This document shows positions 6,896-14,233 of a stretch of DNA of 40,483 bases, piece after piece. Where the stretch lies: the IMG/VR virus record IMGVR_UViG_3300037458_000312, one strand, 5' to 3'. Source of the DNA: a virus. The position numbers and the translations under genes are program-made. Below the pieces are notes generated by a model that was given only the letters and a program-made list of their open reading frames with translations, was not told where the DNA came from and ran no database searches. Every line of letters begins with the position of its first letter. Position 1 is the first letter of the stretch.

Positions 6896-7651
6896 TCAGG
6901 CCGCAAGCGCGGCCGGGGAAACAAGCTGAGACGCAAGTGCATCCCAACTCAGGGAACAGTCCTTGAGCCCGAAGCGCGAACCGGACGGGTACGCCGGGTG
7001 CGCCTCGAGGTGCAGCACTCGCTCGCCGGTGGTCACGGCCTTGGCTTCCTTCTGGCCGAAGCCGGCGTCGGTCTTGCGAATGGCGATGCGGTGCGCGGCG
7101 AAGCCCACCACGTCGGCCCACTCCAGGCACAGCGCGCTGGCGCGATCGTGCAGTTTTAAGACCCAGGCGTCGTAGCCCTCGTGCGTCGGCGACTCGATGC
7201 GCTTCTGCTTGACGTGCGAGATGAGAATGACCGCCATTTGCCGTTCCTGGCGCAGCGCCTCGAAGCCGTCGAGCAGCGTGCGCCACTCAGCCGCGGCGGC
7301 GATGTAGCCCTTGCCGTAGCCCGGGCTCTCGATCGTGTCCCAACGGTTGGCGCGACAGACGTGCTCGTGGATCAGCGGCTCGGTCCAATCGAGACTGTCG
7401 AGGAACACGGTCTGGTAGTCGTGCGGCTCAGCCATCAGCGACCCGATCGCGTCGTACACGTCATCAAGCGACTTGCACAGCGGGAACGCCTGGGCATCGA
7501 TGCCCGACAGCCCGTCCTCGGTGCAGATACCGATCGCACCGGGCGCCGTGGCAGCGAAGGTCGACTTGCCGATCTTGGTGTCGCCGGCCAGGAGCATCTT
7601 CGGCGCCTGCATCCGGCGCGTGCGGGTGATGGATGCGAGGTTGATGCTCAT
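6896..7651 (-). CDS. Sak4-like (AAA_24, RecA-core) recombination ATPase
   Basis: Walker A LLAGDTKIGKST; Walker B-like VFLDSLD; overall length and genomic context fit. Confidence 0.7.
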   Translation of the reverse strand: MSINLASITRTRRMQAPKMLLAGDTKIGKSTFAATAPGAIGICTEDGLSGIDAQAFPLCKSLDDVYDAIGSLMAEPHDYQTVFLDSLDWTEPLIHEHVCRANRWDTIESPGYGKGYIAAAAEWRTLLDGFEALRQERQMAVILISHVKQKRIESPTHEGYDAWVLKLHDRASALCLEWADVVGFAAHRIAIRKTDAGFGQKEAKAVTTGERVLHLEAHPAYPSGSRFGLKDCSLSWDALASQLVSPAALAA

Positions 7652-8043
7652 GGCGCGACCTCCTCGACACTCACCGACGCCTTGGCCGGCTTGCTGGTGA
7701 TGAACACGGCTACCGACGGGTACAGGTCGGGGTGGTTCTCCTGCAGCCGGCGCACGGCCGGCAGGCTCACGTCGGCTTTCCAGTTGAAAACGTCCTGGGC
7801 GAACGCCGACAGGCTGTTCCAGTGCTGCTGCAGGGCCTTGCTGTCGACGGTGCGGCTAAGCTTGTGGGTGACCTTGATGCGCACGTTGCCGGCTTCCATC
7901 GTTTCCGTTCCTTCGAGCCCGACCGGGAACCGATCGACGATCTGCTCCTCGATCTCGAGGCGACGCGCGTTGGCGGCGCGCTCGTCGGCCTTGGCGGCTT
8001 GCCAGGCGGCGGCCAATTGGGTCAGTGTCAGCGGTGCGTTCAT
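7648..8043 (-). CDS. Hypothetical protein of the recombination module
   Basis: Track ORF; ATGA coupled to Sak4. Confidence 0.55.
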   Translation of the reverse strand: MNAPLTLTQLAAAWQAAKADERAANARRLEIEEQIVDRFPVGLEGTETMEAGNVRIKVTHKLSRTVDSKALQQHWNSLSAFAQDVFNWKADVSLPAVRRLQENHPDLYPSVAVFITSKPAKASVSVEEVAP

Positions 8044-8150
8044 CGGTTTTCCTCTCTCTCCTTGAGCCGGCGCAGCCGTTGGGCAACGCTGCGGTTGATC
8101 CAGCGGTGCAGGCGCTTGCGCGCTGCCTCAAAGACTTGGTCCAGGTTCAT
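8040..8150 (-). CDS. Hypothetical basic micro-protein (36 aa)
   Basis: Internal ATG of the long track ORF 8040..8750; ATGA coupled at both ends. Confidence 0.35.
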   Translation of the reverse strand: MNLDQVFEAARKRLHRWINRSVAQRLRRLKEREENR

Positions 8151-8332
8151 GCGGCCTCTCCCGGCACGCCCCAAGTCGCCTTCGCGCCGTCCCTGATCCA
8201 CAATCGACGACGACGCAAGTACCGGATGGCGCGAATCCACTTCGCCTGATGGTTGCGGTTGTGCGGGTGGGCGGCGATCGCCATCTGCAGCAGGTGGTCG
8301 GCCGCGGCGGCGCGAAGAGCGAAGAGCGTCAT
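8147..8332 (-). CDS. Hypothetical small protein (61 aa)
   Basis: Internal ATG 8332 of track ORF 8147..8413; ATGA coupled. Confidence 0.4.
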   Translation of the reverse strand: MTLFALRAAAADHLLQMAIAAHPHNRNHQAKWIRAIRYLRRRRLWIRDGAKATWGVPGEAA

Positions 8333-8442
8333 GGCAGCCACCAAGTGACCAGCGACAGCAGGACCAGGAAGGCGACGATCGCGATGCACACGTCGCCCAG
8401 GCGTTCGTGCCACACCTCTCCGTTCTCACCAAGCCGGCGCAT
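8329..8442 (-). CDS. Hypothetical single-TM micro-protein (37 aa)
   Basis: MRRLGENGEVWHERLGDVCIAIVAFLVLLSLVTWWLP; overlaps the upstream gene by 17 nt. Confidence 0.3.
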   Translation of the reverse strand: MRRLGENGEVWHERLGDVCIAIVAFLVLLSLVTWWLP

Positions 8443-8635
8443 CGTCGACCTCCGTCCAGTAGTACCCGCTGCCGCCGCACCAGCAGCAGCGCGCGGCCTG
8501 TTCCTCGCCACTGATGGTCACCATTTGCGTGCGGTAGCCGATCCCGGAACACATGGGGCAGCGGGTCTGCACGCACTCGCGCGGCTTGGCGGCCGGCGGG
8601 TCGGCGAGTTCGGGATAGTCGTGGCGGGATGTCAT
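8426..8635 (-). CDS. Small zinc-ribbon protein (CxxC...CxxC)
   Basis: RCPMCSGIGY...CCWCGGSGYYW. Confidence 0.55.
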   Translation of the reverse strand: MTSRHDYPELADPPAAKPRECVQTRCPMCSGIGYRTQMVTISGEEQAARCCWCGGSGYYWTEVDDAPAW

Positions 8636-8802
8636 TGCTGCACCTCAGCCTTGGCGTTTTCATCTTGCAATTCCGCTTCCCAGTAGTCGGCTTGATCGGC
8701 GGCATAGTCGCGGTCGAGGTCGCCACGGTCGAAACCGTCGAAACGATCATTACGGGAGAAGAAGGCTTCGGTTTCTTCGGCGAGGTGCGGGTGGTTGGTC
8801 AT
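8632..8802 (-). CDS. Acidic 56-aa protein; first gene of the leftward early operon
   Basis: Hand-translated MTNHPHLAEETEAFFSRNDRFDGFDRGDLDRDYAADQADYWEAELQDENAKAEVQQ. Its stop overlaps the next ATG. Confidence 0.45.
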   Translation of the reverse strand: MTNHPHLAEETEAFFSRNDRFDGFDRGDLDRDYAADQADYWEAELQDENAKAEVQQ

Positions 8803-8840
8803 GGCGGTCCTTGTTCGTTGGGCGCGTCTGGTATGGGCAC

Positions 8841-8869
8841 ATATTGACGAAACAATATCGCCGTGTCAA
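8841..8869 (-). promoter_or_regulatory. PL-like sigma70 promoter with an operator-like palindrome
   Basis: Minus strand reads TTGACA-N17-CAATAT. Inverted repeat TATTGAC(8842-8848)/GTCAATA(8865-8871). The spacer core CGATATTGTT resembles the PR spacer. Confidence 0.5.
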
Positions 8870-8889
8870 TAGGTCAGCGCAAATTTTTT

Positions 8890-9300
8890 TCAGGAGGACC
8901 GCGCCGTCGCTTTTTTGATCGGGAACGGGTTGGACTTGCTGGGCGTGACGGCAAGGTCGGCGGCTACCAGAGCGTGCCCAGTAGCGATCCAGGCGGCTCT
9001 GTGAGGCGCTGAGAGGGAGCGGAGGATGTCCAGTACCACCGCCTCGTCCGTAGACGCTCCTACGGGCTGCTGCGGATCTCCCAGGCCCGTCGCCAGCCAC
9101 TTGGCCGACACTTCCAGCGCCGCCGCCAGCCGCAGCAGGTTCGGGCCGCGCGTCCAGTGATTGTCGCCCGACTCGATGCTGCTGATGTTGGACTGGCCCA
9201 TCCCCGCCTTCTCAGCGAGCTTGACCTGGGTCAGCCCGAGAGCTCGCCGCTTCGCGCGCACCCGCTCACCGATCGTGCCCGGCACTGGTCTGGTAGCCAT
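8890..9300 (-). CDS. CI-like repressor (XRE-family HTH, no S24 peptidase domain seen)
   Basis: ATG 9300 within track ORF 8890..9366. IGERVRAKRRALGLTQVKLAEKAGMGQSNISSIESG. Divergent from the cro-like gene. Confidence 0.7.
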   Translation of the reverse strand: MATRPVPGTIGERVRAKRRALGLTQVKLAEKAGMGQSNISSIESGDNHWTRGPNLLRLAAALEVSAKWLATGLGDPQQPVGASTDEAVVLDILRSLSAPHRAAWIATGHALVAADLAVTPSKSNPFPIKKATARSS

Positions 9301-9325
9301 GAGCCAACCGTACCGCGCTAGGGCA

Positions 9326-9355
9326 TTGACATAGCGATATCGTTGCGGCCATAAT
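9326..9355 (+). promoter_or_regulatory. PR-like sigma70 promoter
   Basis: TTGACA-N18-CATAAT, ending 9 nt before the cro-like ATG. The spacer contains GCGATATCGTT. Confidence 0.5.
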
Positions 9356-9364
9356 CCTTCCATC

Positions 9365-9553
9365 ATGACCTACGCCCAAGCATTGAGCTTCTTCGGCGGC
9401 ACGCAAGTGCGCCTCGCTGCTGCGCTGGGGATCACGCAGCCGACGGTATCAGCATGGGGCGGCAAGGTGCCAGCGCAGTACCAGTACCAAATCGAAGTTC
9501 TCTCTGGCGGCAAACTGCTCGCCGATGCCGAGCTTCGCAAAGCCGCAGCGTGA
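9365..9553 (+). CDS. Cro/YdaS-like HTH regulator
   Basis: FFGGTQVRLAAALGITQPTVSAWGGKVPAQYQYQIEVLSGGKL. Confidence 0.65.
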   Translation: MTYAQALSFFGGTQVRLAAALGITQPTVSAWGGKVPAQYQYQIEVLSGGKLLADAELRKAAA

Positions 9554-9741
9554 CCCGCGACATCCCGGTGAAGACGTTCCTGAGCGCCGAGGAATTCGTC
9601 GCTTTCGGCGAAGTCGCCTAGGATGCCGGCCTGTCGCAGTCGGCCATGATCCGCAGCCTCATCAAGCGCGAGATCAACGCCCATGCCTTGAGGCTACTCG
9701 CCCTGCAGCGCAGCGATAGCGCCGACGCAGGCCAGGACTAG
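9550..9741 (+). pseudogene. Ribbon-helix-helix regulator gene interrupted by an in-frame TAG at 9619-9621
   Basis: GTG 9550 overlaps the cro stop (GTGA). Translation is VTRDIPVKTFLSAEEFVAFGEVA*DAGLSQSAMIRSLIKREI... The stop falls inside the RHH fold. Confidence 0.5.
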
Positions 9742-9747
9742 CCCACC

Positions 9748-10149
9748 ATGCCTTCCCGCCCGCCGCGTGCCGCACTGGCATCACGACCCGACCGGCCTTC
9801 CTCCCCCGGATCGACCCAACGCGGCGGGCTTTCTCTCCTCGAGGAGCAGTTCGCGCTGCAACTCCGCGCGCTCAAGCTGCCCGAGCCCGTGCGCGAGTTC
9901 GTGTTCGCCAAGCCGAGACGCTGGCGTGCCGACTTCGCCTGGCCCGAGCTCAAGGTGCTGGTCGAGGTCGAAGGCGGCACTTGGGTCAACGGCCGCCACA
10001 ACCGCGGCGCCGGGTTCGAGGCCGACCTCATCAAATACAACGCCGCGGCCTTGCTTGGCTATGCCGTGCTGCGCTTCAGCGGCGCCGCAGTCAAGTCGGG
10101 CGATGCAGCACGCACCACGGCACTGGCCCTCAACCGGAGGGCGGCGTGA
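9748..10149 (+). CDS. Vsr/DUF559-like PD-(D/E)XK endonuclease-fold protein
   Basis: RWRADFAWPELKVLVEVEGGTWVNGRHNRGAGFEADLIKYNAAALLGYAVLRF. Confidence 0.5.
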   Translation: MPSRPPRAALASRPDRPSSPGSTQRGGLSLLEEQFALQLRALKLPEPVREFVFAKPRRWRADFAWPELKVLVEVEGGTWVNGRHNRGAGFEADLIKYNAAALLGYAVLRFSGAAVKSGDAARTTALALNRRAA

Positions 10150-10625
10150 GCAAAGAGCAGGAGCTCGTGGTTGCCGGCGCCCAGATTCTCGGGCGCTTCT
10201 GTACCAACATCGAACGCGAGTACTCGCTCGACAACGGCTATCGCATCGACCTCAAGGGCGAACTCCCCAACGGGCAGTGGGCCCTGGTCGAGGTAAAGGG
10301 CTTCGATGACAACCTGACGCCGTTCATCGACGCCGTGTTTCAGGCCAAGAGCTACGCCGACGCGATCAAGTATCCGGTCTTCATCGGGCCGGTGTACGGC
10401 AATCCGTCACAGATCGCGCTCGGCTCGCACACCAACGCGCTCGGCGCCATTCACCTGATGGCTGGCCGCATGAACGTCGGCTTCCTGGTGCGCAGCAACT
10501 ACGACGAGCCGATGCTGCTCCTGCGCGGGCAGATCATCGCCGACTCGAAAGGACCGCGGCAGAACTTCGACCGCATGTGGTCGTACATCGAGCGGTTCGG
10601 CAGCCGCCAGGCGCGCAGCAACTGA
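10146..10625 (+). CDS. Hypothetical protein with a possible nuclease-like D...EVK motif
   Basis: GTG 10146 forms GTGA with the upstream stop; YRIDLKGELPNGQWALVEVKG. Confidence 0.45.
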   Translation: MSKEQELVVAGAQILGRFCTNIEREYSLDNGYRIDLKGELPNGQWALVEVKGFDDNLTPFIDAVFQAKSYADAIKYPVFIGPVYGNPSQIALGSHTNALGAIHLMAGRMNVGFLVRSNYDEPMLLLRGQIIADSKGPRQNFDRMWSYIERFGSRQARSN

Positions 10626-10634
10626 GCGGGGACC

Positions 10635-12701
10635 ATGTTGGCACTCGATCCTGCCGGCGTTGCGGTTGCCACCATCAACCGCGACGAGATCGCTTCCGCG
10701 ATCCGCGTCATCCGCCCGCAGGGCACGCTGCTGCTGGTCTGCATCGACCCGAAGCAGATACGAGATCCACAAGGCCGCACGTTCTCGCTGCCCGACCAAC
10801 TCGATGCTGCCGTCACCTGGGCGGTCGAGCGCAACGAGGCTGGCTGGGGAATGTACTTCACGCCCAACGTCGCCAACGCCGTCGTGCACAAGAAAGCGGC
10901 CAAGGGCGACATGACTTCCGGCGTGATGATGTGGACCGACGCCGACCCAGACGTTCTCATGTATCGCGGGTACGACGGCGCACGCGCTCACCTCCTGCGC
11001 CGCCTGTACCCCGAACTCGAGGCTTCGGCCTCGCTGATCATCGACAGCGGCAACGGCCTGCAGGCGTTCTGGCGCCTGGCGCATCCGGTCGACCTGCAGC
11101 ATGCCGAGAAGCGCGCCCACTACGAAGCACTGAACGACCGCGTCGGCAAGCTGTTCGACGGCCCGTCGACACACAACTGCGACCGGGTGATGCGCCTTCC
11201 GGGCACGATCAATTACCCGAACGCGACCAAGCTGGCCCACGGCTACCCAAGGGAGCCACGCCAAGCGCGCCTGCTGCACTTCAGCGACCGCACCTACACG
11301 CTGGGCGAGATTGAAGCGTTGATGCTGCGTCGTCAGTTCGACCTGTTCCTCGACGGCAACAGCCACGCGCGGCAACGCTACGACGGGCATGCCGACGGGC
11401 TGCGCGACGCTTCCGGGTCGGGGCGCGACATGAGCATGGTGCGCATGCTCAAGACGGCCGGATTCTCGCTGAACGAGATCATCGCCCTGCTCAAGTCCTG
11501 GCCGCACGGCAGCAAGGAGGGCAGGGCGCAGGGGTTCCGCTACTGGCAGCGAATGTACGACAAGCCACTGCCAGACGATGCGCCCCCGGCGGCACCAGTT
11601 ATCGATCTGCCCAGAGACCCATCGCGCCTGCGCCCGCTGACCGTTGACGACCTGCTCGCGCAGCCGTCGCAAGGCTGGCTGATCCGCGGCGTGCTGCCGA
11701 AGAACGGCCTGGGGCTGGTCTACGGCCAGAGCGGGTCGGGGAAGTCGTTTCTGACGCTCGATCTGTGCGGCTGCATCCTGCGCGGGCGCCCCTGGTACGG
11801 GCAGCGTGTCACCACCGGCAACATCATCTACATCGCCGGCGAAGGGCATCTGCGCAACCGCCTGCGCGCGTACATGTCCCAGCACGCCGTTGCGCCCGCC
11901 GAGCTCTCCGGCCTGCGCATCATCAATACCCACCTCAACCTGCGCGACCCGAAGGCCGACCTCCTGGACCTGCTGCGCGAGCTGCAGGACACGGCCACCG
12001 AGCTCGGCGGCGTCGCCCTGGTCGTGATCGACACGCTGAACAGCGTCATGGGCGCGGGCGACGAGAACGAGTCGTCCGACATGGGCGCCATGATCGAGGC
12101 CGCGCGCAAGATCGGCACCGCCACCAACGCCAGCGTGCTCTACGTCCACCACAGCGGCAAGGACGAGACGCGCGGCGCGCGTGGGCATTCCAGCCTCAAG
12201 GGCGCGCTCGACGCCGAGCTCTACGTCAAGCGCGAAGAGCACCAGCGCACTGTCACCCTGACCAAGGTCAAGGAAGGTGAGGACGGCAAGGAATTCGTTT
12301 TTGCACTGCAACCGATCGACCTCGGACCATCGACCGACCCAGACGCCGACCCCGACGAACGCGACTCATCCTGCGCCGTCATCCAAATCCACGACCAACC
12401 CGAACCACGCAAACCGACCGGCCGACCCAAGACAGGCGTTCAACTGATCGCCATTGATGCACTGCAGCAGACGATTGCAGAGTACGGCCAGCCATTGCCG
12501 TCGACCTCAGTAATCCCCAGCGGGAAGCGCGGGGTCAGGGTTGACCTTTGGCGAACCCGTTTCTATGCGATCGACCCGACTTGCTCCGACCCCGAAACCG
12601 GCAAAGATGCGCGCAGGAAGCGATTCCAGCGCGCGTTCGATGACCTGTACAAATGCTCGCAAATCGGATCGGCCGGAGGGCATGTATGGCTGAAAAAGTA
12701 G
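10635..12701 (+). CDS. Replication protein: N-terminal RepB/primase-like domain plus C-terminal RepA-like (AAA_25/RecA-fold) helicase
   Basis: GWGMYFTPN, MWTDAD, IIDSGNGLQAFWRL, RVMRLPGTINYP; then Walker A GQSGSGKS, VVIDTLNS, VHHSGKDETRGARGHSSLKGALD. Confidence 0.7.
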   Translation: MLALDPAGVAVATINRDEIASAIRVIRPQGTLLLVCIDPKQIRDPQGRTFSLPDQLDAAVTWAVERNEAGWGMYFTPNVANAVVHKKAAKGDMTSGVMMWTDADPDVLMYRGYDGARAHLLRRLYPELEASASLIIDSGNGLQAFWRLAHPVDLQHAEKRAHYEALNDRVGKLFDGPSTHNCDRVMRLPGTINYPNATKLAHGYPREPRQARLLHFSDRTYTLGEIEALMLRRQFDLFLDGNSHARQRYDGHADGLRDASGSGRDMSMVRMLKTAGFSLNEIIALLKSWPHGSKEGRAQGFRYWQRMYDKPLPDDAPPAAPVIDLPRDPSRLRPLTVDDLLAQPSQGWLIRGVLPKNGLGLVYGQSGSGKSFLTLDLCGCILRGRPWYGQRVTTGNIIYIAGEGHLRNRLRAYMSQHAVAPAELSGLRIINTHLNLRDPKADLLDLLRELQDTATELGGVALVVIDTLNSVMGAGDENESSDMGAMIEAARKIGTATNASVLYVHHSGKDETRGARGHSSLKGALDAELYVKREEHQRTVTLTKVKEGEDGKEFVFALQPIDLGPSTDPDADPDERDSSCAVIQIHDQPEPRKPTGRPKTGVQLIAIDALQQTIAEYGQPLPSTSVIPSGKRGVRVDLWRTRFYAIDPTCSDPETGKDARRKRFQRAFDDLYKCSQIGSAGGHVWLKK

Positions 12702-12703
12702 GC

Positions 12704-12824
12704 GGGACAAAACGGGACATACGGGACATTGTCCCTTTTTGTCCCGGCTGACCAGGGACGGGACATCCGGGACATTCAGCGGGGGTGGCCCCCTTTAGGG
12801 GGCCCCCGCCATGTCCCGGGTCCC
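12704..12824. promoter_or_regulatory. Iteron-like cluster: at least 8 copies of GGGACA(T)/(A)TGTCCC plus GC palindromes; candidate origin or regulator-binding array
   Basis: Direct copies start at 12704, 12714, 12723, 12755 (partial), 12760 and 12769. Inverted copies lie at 12730-12735, 12740-12745 and 12811-12817. Palindromes: GGGACATTGTCCC (12723-12735) and GGGGGCCCCC (12797-12806). Confidence 0.55.
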
Positions 12825-12857
12825 TGGAAGCCCCGCTCGAGCTCAGGAACAGGAACC

Positions 12858-13112
12858 ATGACTAAACCCCGCCCCATCAACCTCGACATCCTCCCCCACC
12901 ACGTCCACGCCGGCGCAAATGCCTCTAAACGGGCTCAGGAGCGCGCCAAACGCCTGGGCGAGGCGCGGGTACGTCACCCCCGCCCCAAAGCGCCTGTAGC
13001 CCCATTCAAGGCCATTGGCGGGCCTGTGGCAGACCTCGCCCAGGCACTGGGCTATCCGCCCGCCGTGCTTCCGCCCCTCGGTCGCGTCCACGAAAGCCCC
13101 CAGGATGACTAA
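12858..13112 (+). CDS. Hypothetical basic protein (84 aa)
   Basis: Internal ATG of track ORF 12729..13112, downstream of the repeat cluster. Confidence 0.4.
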   Translation: MTKPRPINLDILPHHVHAGANASKRAQERAKRLGEARVRHPRPKAPVAPFKAIGGPVADLAQALGYPPAVLPPLGRVHESPQDD

Positions 13113-13305
13113 GCCCGCCCCGGAGTGCTCCGACTGCCGCTACTACTTCGCCAGCTCTGTCCTGGACGAACCCGTCTGCCGCCGCGGCGTCACCTACGGC
13201 CGCCACGCCGTCCCCACCCCGTCCATCGTCACCATGCGCGACCCGCATTGGTGGGGAAACGTCGGCTGCGGCCCCGACGGCAAGCACTGGGAGCCGAAAG
13301 AATGA
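13105..13305 (+). CDS. Hypothetical Cys-containing small protein (66 aa)
   Basis: Internal ATG of track ORF 13015..13305; PECSDCRYY...CRRG...GCGPDGKHW. Confidence 0.45.
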   Translation: MTKPAPECSDCRYYFASSVLDEPVCRRGVTYGRHAVPTPSIVTMRDPHWWGNVGCGPDGKHWEPKE

Positions 13306-13709
13306 ACTCTGGAAGATGGAGTAAGGCAGGCGACATTGCCGGGGCGATCGTTCTGATAACCGACTACGGCTGCTATCCGGCAGATGCAGACTACGTTGAG
13401 CACGTCTTGAAACTGCACAAGAAAAAGACGGTAAACGGGTATGAATACCCGACAAAAGACGTACTGATCATGCTCATGTTCAACGACTTCATGGGCTATC
13501 TGGCCAACGATGAGCGCGACGATAACGAATATTTGGATTCTGTTATAGAGCGGTTTGATCGCTGCTCGACCCCAAAGAATGTACTTTTGCTGATAGAGAT
13601 AGCTAGAGCAGCACAAGAGCTGGTTGCTGTTGGAGGAGCCCACGCAGCTCGGAGGTTAGGAGATGCGCTAAGAGCCGCTGATTTATTCCCGAAAGCGCGG
13701 CATGGATGA
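13302..13709 (+). CDS. Hypothetical protein in a visibly AT-richer island (moron-like)
   Basis: ATG 13302 forms ATGA with the upstream stop. Composition differs from the flanks. Confidence 0.5.
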   Translation: MNSGRWSKAGDIAGAIVLITDYGCYPADADYVEHVLKLHKKKTVNGYEYPTKDVLIMLMFNDFMGYLANDERDDNEYLDSVIERFDRCSTPKNVLLLIEIARAAQELVAVGGAHAARRLGDALRAADLFPKARHG

Positions 13710-14046
13710 CGATCTCGATCCGCTCCACTTCATCAAGCACCGGCTCCACAACTGGGCCCGGTGGAGCCACTACGACGTGATGCCGGACCTCACCGCCAAG
13801 CTCTCGAGCCTTTGGAGTCAGTGGCTTCCCAGCCAAGCCTGGGACGCCGGCTGGGGTGACATCGGCGCCCCCGAGGAGATCGCCAAATCGATAAACGAGA
13901 TGGACGCCGAGCATCTGGACCGCGCCATCCGCGATCTGGGCCGCGTCCACCGCCAAATCCTCAAGCGCCATTACGTCGAGCACATTGGCCAGACCCGGGC
14001 CTCCCTCGACGCCGCATGCCGGGCGCTGCTGGACGTAATGCAGTAA
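13702..14046 (+). CDS. Q-like late-gene antiterminator candidate
   Basis: RLHNWARWSHYD...INEMDAEHLDRAIRDLGRVHRQILKRHYV resembles the Q82/QuuD-type pattern (LERWGAWA...DDDA...L...YY). It lies just upstream of a promoter, a terminator and the late genes. Confidence 0.45.
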   Translation: MDDDLDPLHFIKHRLHNWARWSHYDVMPDLTAKLSSLWSQWLPSQAWDAGWGDIGAPEEIAKSINEMDAEHLDRAIRDLGRVHRQILKRHYVEHIGQTRASLDAACRALLDVMQ

Positions 14047-14069
14047 TTTGTGCGGATGTCATAAATCGC

Positions 14070-14098
14070 TTGCAACCTGACAAAACCCGTACTAACGT
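14070..14098 (+). promoter_or_regulatory. Candidate late promoter
   Basis: TTGCAA-N17-TAACGT, between the Q-like gene and TerS. Confidence 0.3.
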
Positions 14099-14136
14099 AG
14101 TCGGCGGGAACGTGCGCCCGCGAACTTCGCACAACT

Positions 14137-14159
14137 GCCGCTAACCGCGGCTATTTTTT
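14137..14159 (+). terminator. Short intrinsic-terminator-like hairpin with a T tract (candidate Q target)
   Basis: GCCGC-TAACC-GCGGC followed by TATTTTTT. Confidence 0.3.
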
Positions 14160-14176
14160 CGCCTAGCGAGGCCATC

Positions 14177-14233
14177 ATGAAGAAGAAGGGCAAGGGCGGC
14201 AAGGGTAAGGGCGGCGGGAAGAAGGGCTGCTAA
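14177..14233 (+). CDS. 18-codon Lys/Gly-rich micro-ORF (MKKKGKGGKGKGGGKKGC) coupled to TerS; alternatively a non-coding AAGGGY repeat array
   Basis: ATG at 14177. Its TAA overlaps the TerS ATG (TAATG at 14231-14235). Confidence 0.25.
   Translation: MKKKGKGGKGKGGGKKGC

Noticed and set aside
10407-12311. 634-aa ORF on the minus strand opposite the primase-helicase gene. Similar long antisense or off-frame ORFs occur at 19358..20704, 14307..15416, 697..1398, 7181..8065, 33162..33848 and 32818..33444, as does the long version of 8040..8750.
   Set aside because: Their translations are Arg/Ala/Pro/Gly-rich and low in complexity with no motifs, as expected for stop-poor alternative frames in GC-rich DNA. 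The opposite or alternate frame carries clear conserved protein motifs.
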